A stretch of 50,728 bases of DNA from contig JAZGFI010000197.1 of the NCBI GenBank assembly GCA_036479435.1, forward strand, positions 1 to 50,728. The letters are read 5' to 3'. Of the stretch, positions 19,742-27,301 are shown piece after piece. The stretch is from Planctomycetota bacterium. GTDB taxonomy: Bacteria; Planctomycetota; GCA-002687715; DRQF01. A model generated the notes under the pieces. It saw only the letters and a list, made by a program, of their open reading frames with translations. It was not told where the DNA came from and searched no databases. Position numbers and translations under genes: made by a program. Position 1 is the stretch's first letter. Each line of letters opens with the position of its first letter.

Positions 19742-20964
19742 CTACGTATATCGTCGTTGAGGGGGATAGCTTTGAACGTATCTCCCGACTGAGTTATGGG
19801 AGCGACGAGCTCGCCAACGTCATCAAGAGCGCGAACCCGCAGGCAGCCGGCGGTCTTTCGCCCGGAATGACGCTCACTATTCCGGCCGTCGACGTGTTGC
19901 CCGGCCCGCTCGTCCCGCAGACGATTGCCGGGCGGCAGAATGAAGTCTCCATATCCATCAACGGTGAGGTGTTCCGGTTTTGGGAGACTATGCAGCTGCA
20001 ACGGTCAATCGACTCGTTCGATACGTTCATGCTTGACGCGCCGTTTGAGCCTACTAACCAAGTATTCGTCGATGCGTTCACCCCGTTGGGCTACAACCGG
20101 GTGGTTATAAATGTGGATGGCGACCCGCTGTTCAGTGGGTTCCTCGTCGACGTACCGACCGATGTAGGGCCGACCGAGGGCACCGTGCAGGCGACGGGGT
20201 ATGCGCTAGCGGGGCTGCTTAACGACTCCATGATGCCGAACACAGCGTACCCGGTTGAGTTCGACAACATGGATCTGCGCGACATCACGCTGTCGCTGAT
20301 CAAGCCGTTCGGGCTGACCGCTACGTTTACGTCAGACCCGGGGCCACAGATCGACCGTATCGCTATCGAAGAGCCCACGAAGGTGCTCCGGTTTCTAATC
20401 AACGGCGCGCAGCAACGCGGGCTGGTAATCGGCAACGATGTGCGCGGCATGCCTGTGTTCCAGAAGGCGGCCGCCGGGGCTCCGGTCGAAAACCTGGTGC
20501 AAGGGGAGTCACCCGTCACGAACGTAACCAACAATTTCAATCCGCAAAAATTCTACTCACACGTTACGGCGCTGACGCCGGCCACCATCGGCAACGACGG
20601 CTCTGCCTTCACCGTAGAGAACCCTCATCTACGCGGAGTCGTTCGGCCGTTCGTGTTTCGGGCGGTTGACACGTTCGGGGCTGACGCGGCGGAAGCGGCG
20701 CGAGCCAAAGCGGGCTTCATGTTCGCGAATGCGCTCAGCTACACCGTGAATGTTGCGGGGTGGGAGACTCGTAACGGCCTACGGTGGGCGGAGAACCAGC
20801 GGGTTAACCTGCTCGCGCCGCGTGCTATGGTCTACAGCAACTTCGAGTTTCTTATTCGCTCCGTGACGTTGTTCAGGGACGCGAACGAGGACCGCGCGGC
20901 GCTCGAGCTAGTACTACCTGGATCGTTTGAAGGGGTCATACCGGAGAGGCTTCCGTGGCAGTAA
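19738..20964 (+). CDS. Baseplate hub (Mu gpP/gp44-like) with N-terminal LysM-like domain
   Basis: YIVVEGDSFERIS...ANP...LSPGMTLTIP, followed by INGEVFRFW. Confidence 0.85.
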   Translation: MTTYIVVEGDSFERISRLSYGSDELANVIKSANPQAAGGLSPGMTLTIPAVDVLPGPLVPQTIAGRQNEVSISINGEVFRFWETMQLQRSIDSFDTFMLDAPFEPTNQVFVDAFTPLGYNRVVINVDGDPLFSGFLVDVPTDVGPTEGTVQATGYALAGLLNDSMMPNTAYPVEFDNMDLRDITLSLIKPFGLTATFTSDPGPQIDRIAIEEPTKVLRFLINGAQQRGLVIGNDVRGMPVFQKAAAGAPVENLVQGESPVTNVTNNFNPQKFYSHVTALTPATIGNDGSAFTVENPHLRGVVRPFVFRAVDTFGADAAEAARAKAGFMFANALSYTVNVAGWETRNGLRWAENQRVNLLAPRAMVYSNFEFLIRSVTLFRDANEDRAALELVLPGSFEGVIPERLPWQ

Positions 20965-21590
20965 GAGGTTTCATCGCAACCGTTCTTGACGTGTTTCGCA
21001 CCACGCGCGGTGGTGCACACGTGACCGACGTCAAGTGTGACCCGGGCGGCGGAGGCAACATCACTGTTGAGCAGATGGGTCCCCCTGGCGACGACTCGCC
21101 GCCGCTCCCTACCGACAGCGTGGGGGCGCTGCCGGTCGAGGGGAGTGGCCGAGTCGTCGCTGCAGGATACGCCGATCCGTTCAACCCGAGCGATCGGGAG
21201 CCCGGGGAAAAACGGCTCTACTCGCGGGACTCCAACGGCACCGTCAAGGCCGCCATCGTGCTGGACGGGGAGGGTAGTGTTACGGTGAAACACGCGGCGA
21301 CGGGCGCAGTCGTACAGCTGCAGGAGAACGGGCTGATCGTAGTCGGGGAGAGTGGCGGTGCGAGTGCGATATTCGATAACGCGAGCGGACTTGTGGTGCT
21401 AACCAGCGGCGCGCCCGGTGTGTTCGTCAACGGAACGAAGATCGACAGTAGCGGGAATATCCTACTCGCAGCCGGTGCCGACATCACCACAGACAGCATC
21501 GCCAGCCTCAATGCGCACCCACATTCACCCGGCACGTACAAGGACCACACGGGCGCAACAATCACCGGTTCGTCAGGGGGCCCGTCGTGA
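20955..21590 (+). CDS. Baseplate spike (Mu gp45-like)
   Basis: PPGDDS.P, PGEKRLYSRD, C-terminal SLNAHPH metal-binding motif. Confidence 0.85.
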   Translation: MAVRGFIATVLDVFRTTRGGAHVTDVKCDPGGGGNITVEQMGPPGDDSPPLPTDSVGALPVEGSGRVVAAGYADPFNPSDREPGEKRLYSRDSNGTVKAAIVLDGEGSVTVKHAATGAVVQLQENGLIVVGESGGASAIFDNASGLVVLTSGAPGVFVNGTKIDSSGNILLAAGADITTDSIASLNAHPHSPGTYKDHTGATITGSSGGPS

Positions 21591-22063
21591 GCAGCCAACA
21601 GAACGGCGACGTACTTCTGTTCATTCCCGCGTTTGTGGATACGAGCGGACCGGACGCGCTTCAGTTCACCGTTGAGCTGATCAACGGCGTGATATCCATG
21701 ACGCCCGCGTTCGAGACTGCGGCGGCACTGTCGCACTTTGGAGGGAACGCTAAAGACGATGGCGTGCCCGGCAACCCGAACACGTACTGGGGTAACCACC
21801 TCGAGACCGACCCGGCGTTTCAATACGTCAGCCGGCTACAGTTCGCACTCACGGCGCTGCCGGTGACGACGGCTAACCTACGGCTGCTCGAGGAGGCGGC
21901 TGCGCTCGATCTCGAATGGTTCCTGACGTCGGGCATCGCCGACACAGTGGAAGTCGAAGCGAGCATTCCTGGGCTTAATCGCGTTGACATCTCGGAGACG
22001 ATCACCGCGCAGGGTGTCGAGACGCAGTTCACATTCACCGAGAATTGGAAGGCTTCGATATGA
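21587..22063 (+). CDS. Baseplate wedge protein (Mu gp46-like)
   Basis: ETAAALSHFGGN, YWGN, LEWF; synteny. Confidence 0.75.
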   Translation: MSSQQNGDVLLFIPAFVDTSGPDALQFTVELINGVISMTPAFETAAALSHFGGNAKDDGVPGNPNTYWGNHLETDPAFQYVSRLQFALTALPVTTANLRLLEEAAALDLEWFLTSGIADTVEVEASIPGLNRVDISETITAQGVETQFTFTENWKASI

Positions 22064-23295
22064 GCCTAACTACACCCACAGTTGCGGACATCAACGCGCA
22101 GATCATCTCGCAGCTCGGGGCCTCCCTCAGTACGGTGATCCCGCTTCTCCCGAAAGCGTTCCTACGCGTGCTCTCCAAGACGCTCGCAGCTGTGTATATA
22201 CTGCTGTGGAAGTACGGCGGCTTCATCTTCCTGCAGACGTTCGTACGGACGGCGACGATCAAGGAAGTAACCATTAACGGGAAGCTGGTGAGCCCGCTCA
22301 AGGAGTGGGGCTTGCTCGTCGGACTGCCTGCACCCACTGCAGCAACGCAGGCGGAACTCACGATCACAATCACCGTGACCAATCAAACGGGGTCACTGCC
22401 CGCTGGGACGCAGTTCATTAACGCGGACAACGGCGTAACGTATCTGCTGCTCGGTGCTGTGCTGCTGGACGCGCCGACCAAGGTGGGCACGATCAGGGCC
22501 GCAGGCGATCAGGGCGGCGGCAATGGTGCGGGAGAGATAGGCAACCTCGAAGTCGGCGACATCGTCAGTTTCGCGAATCCGATTGCAAATGTGTTCCGCG
22601 ATACGGTGGTGGCGTCGCAGACCGCTGTCGGCGCCGACGAAGAGTCGACAGAGAGCTACCGGCAACGGATCATCGACCGGTTCGGGCGGCGGCCGCAGGG
22701 CGGCGCTCTGATCGACTACCGCGTGTGGGGTGGCGAGGACGCGAACATAGTCGCGATCTACCCCTATACGGGTGTCGTAGGGTCAGACCCGAACCGCCCG
22801 AACGGCCGTGTTGACGTGTTCGCTGAGTCGACGAACCCGCCCGATGGTATCCCCACCGGCCCGGAGCTCGACGGGGTGTTCGACGACATCGAGCTGGACG
22901 ACGCGGGGTTAGCTAGCCGTCGGCCGGCAAATGCGTTTGTCAATGTGTTCGCGATCACTCGGACATCGTTTACGGTAGTCGTAGCCGACGTGTCGGGCAT
23001 CGACATTAGCGAGCAGGCGGCGCTAACGCTCGAGATCGAATCGGCCGTCAGTCAGTTCTTTCGCGGCCGGGAGCCCTTCGTGTCGGGCGTTACCCTACCG
23101 CCGCGGACGGAGCGCATCACACAGGCTGAGCTGATCACGGTTGCGAGTTCGCTTATCTCCGAAGCGGGCGGCACGTTCCTTACGGCAACGATGGCTCTCA
23201 CCACGTTCCCTGCGGCCACGATCACAAATTACACGCTTGGCAAGGGTGAGAAGGCGAAGGCGGACGCGGCCAACGTCACTGTGGGCTACGTCTGA
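22060..23295 (+). CDS. Baseplate J-like protein (Mu gp47)
   Basis: GEIGNL, GADEESTESYRQRI, PQGGALIDY..W. Confidence 0.9.
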   Translation: MSLTTPTVADINAQIISQLGASLSTVIPLLPKAFLRVLSKTLAAVYILLWKYGGFIFLQTFVRTATIKEVTINGKLVSPLKEWGLLVGLPAPTAATQAELTITITVTNQTGSLPAGTQFINADNGVTYLLLGAVLLDAPTKVGTIRAAGDQGGGNGAGEIGNLEVGDIVSFANPIANVFRDTVVASQTAVGADEESTESYRQRIIDRFGRRPQGGALIDYRVWGGEDANIVAIYPYTGVVGSDPNRPNGRVDVFAESTNPPDGIPTGPELDGVFDDIELDDAGLASRRPANAFVNVFAITRTSFTVVVADVSGIDISEQAALTLEIESAVSQFFRGREPFVSGVTLPPRTERITQAELITVASSLISEAGGTFLTATMALTTFPAATITNYTLGKGEKAKADAANVTVGYV

Positions 23296-24017
23296 TGGCT
23301 TTTTTCCTCCGGCTATTCCAGCGTCTACTGCCGCTTGCGAAAGCGTGGCAGATCACGCTTGACACTACGATGCGGCAGTTCTTCGACGGGCTCACCGGGC
23401 TGCCGGACTCCGTCCGTACGTTCTTTGACGATCGGTTCGAGGACCGTGACCCGCAGACCACGCAGCAATTGGACGAGTGGGAGCAGCAGTTCGGGTTGCC
23501 GGCAACCGTCACCGTTGAGCAGGAGCGGCGTGATCGACTCGCAGCGGCATGGCAGGCGCTCGGCGGACAGTCGCCGCGCTACATCCAAGACACGGTGCAG
23601 GCTGACACAGACTTTGCAGATGTGTTCGTGCATGAGTTCTGGAGTGCGCGAACGACGCCGTCCGATGCGGCCCCGACGATACGCGACCCGATCGCAGATG
23701 CGGGGCTGACGAACACACCGGAGTTCTCATTTGTGTGCGACTCGGCTTTCCCGACCGTCTGCACGGCTAGCCCGTTCGGTCCGGTGTGTGGCGCCATATC
23801 TGTGGCAACGGGCTTTATCCTCGTCAACAAGGATGACGGCGTTTCGTACGGCGTCCCCACGAATGCGGATGACTTTCCGTACGTGCTTTATATTGGAGCG
23901 CAGACATTCCCCAATCTCGTGCAGATCCCTATCGGGCGGCGCGATGAGTTCGAAACCCTTCTACTCTCGATATGCCCGGGGCAGCAGTGGCTCGGGATGT
24001 TGGTTGAGTACGTATAG
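23295..24017 (+). CDS. Baseplate protein (Mu gp48/YmfQ-like)
   Basis: LLP..KAW, PQTT..LDEWEQQFGLP, GGQSPRYI. Confidence 0.85.
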   Translation: MAFFLRLFQRLLPLAKAWQITLDTTMRQFFDGLTGLPDSVRTFFDDRFEDRDPQTTQQLDEWEQQFGLPATVTVEQERRDRLAAAWQALGGQSPRYIQDTVQADTDFADVFVHEFWSARTTPSDAAPTIRDPIADAGLTNTPEFSFVCDSAFPTVCTASPFGPVCGAISVATGFILVNKDDGVSYGVPTNADDFPYVLYIGAQTFPNLVQIPIGRRDEFETLLLSICPGQQWLGMLVEYV

Positions 24018-24029
24018 AGAGGCGGCGCC

Positions 24030-25079
24030 ATGGCTAGAAACTTGAATACAGTCTACGGGGTGGCTCGTGCACCGATCGTCGCGGGGTATCCGTTCGGGCA
24101 GCCGATAGACGAGACAGGCGCAGGGACGGGATTCCCCCTCGCGGAGGAGTGGGTGCAGGACGTGCAGGGTTTCCTGCAAGCTCTCTTGCAGGAAGGGGCA
24201 CCGTCCGTCCCCGATGGCGTGGCGGAATCTACGGTGGCTTCGCAATACATGGCGAAGTTCAACGCACTGTTTCAGCCGCTCGGGCAGTCGCTACCATCGT
24301 CCACGCGCATCGATGGGCTGCGGATGGTTTGGGATTCGACCACAGCGTTTACCACCAATACAGGGGCGGCCCGCAACGCAGGTGACACGAAGGATTTGCT
24401 TGCTACTGCTGCTTTGCAGAAACTCGTAAATGCGACTTGGGTGCAAGGCAATATCCAAGGCGTGGTGCCCGATGCGATCTCGACCCCGCTTGCCGACGGG
24501 TGGTACCGGGTGTTTGTGGTCAACACACCGGTCGGTGTGGGCGATATTACGATTGACAGCGTGTCGAACGCGGCGAACTTTTTCGCGGATGTGAACGCGA
24601 TTGCAGCGGGATTCACCGACGCGACACTGTTCCGGCGGATCGGGTGGGTACGTATGGAGTCGGCTGCGATCAGAAAGTTCGCCACGACCGAAAGTGACCC
24701 ACGGCGGTTTACTTGGGACGTTACAAGCCATGACGTGAACAGCGTTGCGATAGGTCTCGTGTCCCGTACGGGACTTGTACTTGCGCGTGTTCCGCCGGAT
24801 GCTTTCTCCCGTGTATCAATGGCGGCTTTCACTACGTCTGCGGTGACGTCGGGTGTAGTACTGATTACGGAGCAGGAGCAAGCCGACACGGCGGCCGCGT
24901 TCAGTGCGAGCACGCTGGGCGCGATCAGCCTATCGGCGCCGGCTACAGTTCCGAGCGACCATGTGCACGGCGAGTGGAAAGTAGACAGCTCTAGTAATCT
25001 GTACGCGAGAGCGGGGATCGCGGGAACTTCGCTAGACATGTGGGTGGACGGCTGGCGCGATCCGGCGATAGCACCTTGA
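24030..25079 (+). CDS. Tail fibre protein
   Basis: N-terminal W..DVQG...G..PDG..E....SQY fibre anchor; FRRIGW. Confidence 0.75.
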   Translation: MARNLNTVYGVARAPIVAGYPFGQPIDETGAGTGFPLAEEWVQDVQGFLQALLQEGAPSVPDGVAESTVASQYMAKFNALFQPLGQSLPSSTRIDGLRMVWDSTTAFTTNTGAARNAGDTKDLLATAALQKLVNATWVQGNIQGVVPDAISTPLADGWYRVFVVNTPVGVGDITIDSVSNAANFFADVNAIAAGFTDATLFRRIGWVRMESAAIRKFATTESDPRRFTWDVTSHDVNSVAIGLVSRTGLVLARVPPDAFSRVSMAAFTTSAVTSGVVLITEQEQADTAAAFSASTLGAISLSAPATVPSDHVHGEWKVDSSSNLYARAGIAGTSLDMWVDGWRDPAIAP

Positions 25080-25105
25080 CGCCGGGGGATGAGCAAGGGG
25101 GGAGC

Positions 25106-25447
25106 ATGGCAGGGGAAGGGGAACGACTGGCGCGAATGGAGACGACGCTTGACCACATGGGCGACTCGCTAAAGGACGTGGCCAAGCATCTGGATCGTAG
25201 CAGCACTATGGCGGGGGAGTTCCGAGTAGAGGTATCGAACGCACTCACCGAGATAAAGACGAAGTTCGAGGGGCATGAGGAAGAGGACGAACGGCGGTTC
25301 AGTGACGCGGGGAAGCAGACCGATGCACTGGCTAAAACGCTTGGCGAGCTGATGTCAAGCCGCGTAGCGCTGGGCGCCGGGGGTGCCGGTGGTCTGGTTG
25401 CACTGGCTGCAGTGATAGACAGGATCTTCGGCATTCTGCCGGGGTAG
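25106..25447 (+). CDS. Coiled-coil protein with C-terminal hydrophobic segment (holin-like)
   Basis: ERLARMET start, one C-terminal TM-like segment; follows the fibre gene. Confidence 0.55.
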   Translation: MAGEGERLARMETTLDHMGDSLKDVAKHLDRSSTMAGEFRVEVSNALTEIKTKFEGHEEEDERRFSDAGKQTDALAKTLGELMSSRVALGAGGAGGLVALAAVIDRIFGILPG

Positions 25448-25460
25448 CAGAGGGGGACAT

Positions 25461-25922
25461 ATGGACAAGTGGCATCAAGGCAAGAAGACGAAAGCGACGC
25501 TCGCGCTCGCGGCACTCGTTGGGGTTCTGTGGGGGCTCGGATGGATCGACGGAGCGCAGGCTGAGCCGATGCTCACGCTGCTCGGCTTCACTGCGGTGGG
25601 CACGATGGCGGCGAAGGTCACGCGCACGGCAGCGGCTCGCGTGGCGGTTGTGTGTATGCTCGGACTGGGCGTCTCGGCGGCGCCCGCAAGCGCCGCTCCA
25701 CAGCTCGATCTGCTCGGGCTGTTCAACCTGGGGTTCGATGAGATCTCGATCGGCAACCCAGAGTGGGGCGCCGGTCTCGGCATCCGCCGCAAGCCCGGCA
25801 CGCTGATCACGATCGATGCGGAACCGACGGGCATTGATCTGCTCAAGCCGCTGTGCAAGACGCCGTGGGTCAAGGACCGCGTTACGTTCTTGTGCGCGGG
25901 GGATGAGTTGGCCGGCCTCTAG
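25461..25922 (+). CDS. Membrane protein, possible holin/lysis accessory
   Basis: GKKT followed by 2-3 hydrophobic segments. Confidence 0.6.
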   Translation: MDKWHQGKKTKATLALAALVGVLWGLGWIDGAQAEPMLTLLGFTAVGTMAAKVTRTAAARVAVVCMLGLGVSAAPASAAPQLDLLGLFNLGFDEISIGNPEWGAGLGIRRKPGTLITIDAEPTGIDLLKPLCKTPWVKDRVTFLCAGDELAGL

Positions 25923-26284
25923 AATAAATCCCAGTCGGACTCATTCTCGGCCGGCCACTGATCGGCCGCGCTGATATGGCCGTGCTCCTCGTGCGCGACG
26001 GGCTCGAGGTGGTACGCGTTACAGCATCCGCGGTTCCGGCACTCGCGAATGTGGTCGAGGTCGCATCCGTCGGGGATCGGGCCGCGCACGATCACATACG
26101 CGTAGCGGTGCGCCCGTACGCGGCCGCTCGGTACGCCCGGAAAATCCCACGCCACGAACCGCCCGTAGCCGAACGTGCGAGTCCCGGTGAACTCGATACA
26201 CGCGGACCCTGCGACCGGGCGCAGCTTCGACAGGAAGCGCGCCACGATCACAGGGTGGTCCCACGGTAGGCGGGGGAGGGGCAT
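25919..26284 (-). CDS. Free-standing HNH endonuclease
   Basis: CIEFTG...GYGRF...AHRYAY...GPIPDG..LDH..CRNRGCCN..HLE. Confidence 0.88.
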   Translation of the reverse strand: MPLPRLPWDHPVIVARFLSKLRPVAGSACIEFTGTRTFGYGRFVAWDFPGVPSGRVRAHRYAYVIVRGPIPDGCDLDHIRECRNRGCCNAYHLEPVAHEEHGHISAADQWPAENESDWDLF

Positions 26285-26366
26285 TGCTAGCGGGGCGTGT
26301 GGTACAGCACGTAGCCGAGCAGGGCGCCAACCAAAACAGATATCACGAGTACTGCACAGTACAACA

Positions 26367-26891
26367 TCACGATCCCCCTTTCTCTTCCGGCTTCGACTCG
26401 GTGTGGATCGCGAGGCACGCCGGACAAGTGGCGACCGTTGGGCCCCACCGAACGCCGTGAACACATGTGTCTGTTGAGCGTGGGCCCGCCTGCATGAGCG
26501 CAGCCTGCTCGATCTGATCGGCCTCGGCTGCGTACGCGCGACCGCGGGCTATTGTCCCCGTGCCGGTGCGCATCTCGGCCGCCGCTTTGCGAAGCGCAGT
26601 CAACGCCTGCCGCAGATGAGGGCTGAGCGTGGGCTTGGGTGCGGGGTCGCGGGGTCGCCAGTAGTCGTCATGCAGCTGACCCAGCATCTCCTGTAGCCAC
26701 TCCCGGACTACAGGGTCACACTTCTCCGTAGCATCGCGTAGATCCCCCGTGCCGTAGCGCGCAGCATACCGGCGCACGAAGTCGGCAGGTGTATAAGCGC
26801 CTTGTCTCTCGATGGCCTCATACCGAGCAGAGTGCAGGTGTCTGGCGATCAGGATGAGGTAGTCTTGGGTTTGCATTGCGGTGGTGGGCAT
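26367..26891 (-). CDS. Hypothetical protein
   Basis: RBS GAGGAG; C-terminal CVHG...CPAC. Confidence 0.65.
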   Translation of the reverse strand: MPTTAMQTQDYLILIARHLHSARYEAIERQGAYTPADFVRRYAARYGTGDLRDATEKCDPVVREWLQEMLGQLHDDYWRPRDPAPKPTLSPHLRQALTALRKAAAEMRTGTGTIARGRAYAAEADQIEQAALMQAGPRSTDTCVHGVRWGPTVATCPACLAIHTESKPEEKGGS

Positions 26892-26920
26892 GTCAGTTCT
26901 CCTCGTGGTGGGTTGGGTGG

Positions 26921-27100
26921 CTAGCGCCTATCCCGGATCAGGGCTAAGGCAGTCTTTGCCACCCACTGATCCCGTGCGATCAGATCGGCGTCACGCCGCG
27001 GTAATCCGTTCTCAGCAACCCACACCGCGGAGAGTATTTCCCGGTCAGATCGGATCAGGATGAGACGGCCAAAGGGGTCAACTCGGGTTGCTGCGGTCAT
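26921..27100 (-). CDS. Small hypothetical protein (59 aa, MTAATRVDPFGRLIL...)
   Basis: Read manually; RBS GAGGAG; directly downstream of the repeated promoter. Confidence 0.6.
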   Translation of the reverse strand: MTAATRVDPFGRLILIRSDREILSAVWVAENGLPRRDADLIARDQWVAKTALALIRDRR

Positions 27101-27132
27101 CGCGTGTTTCTCCTCGTTCTGGGTTGATGTCC

Positions 27133-27178
27133 CTATAATACCCGTATCGGAGAGAGGTGCAAGAACTTTATCGATTAT
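27133..27178 (-). promoter_or_regulatory. Putative early promoter, copy 1 (TTGCAC-N16-TATTAT)
   Basis: 45/46 identical to 42751-42796; both lie upstream of RBS-led - strand genes. Confidence 0.75.
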
Positions 27179-27301
27179 TTTCAGCCCCCGAAGAGACGCT
27201 CAGCGGAGTGCCAGCCGCACGAAGCGGCGAAAGCGATATTCCACGCCACCACTAGTGGCATGGTCACGGAGCGGATTGCTTTCAACAGATCAACCAGCAT
27301 A

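Noticed and set aside
24030..25079. Diversity-generating retroelement or invertible fibre cassette
   Set aside because: No reverse transcriptase, invertase or template/variable repeat pair was noticed.
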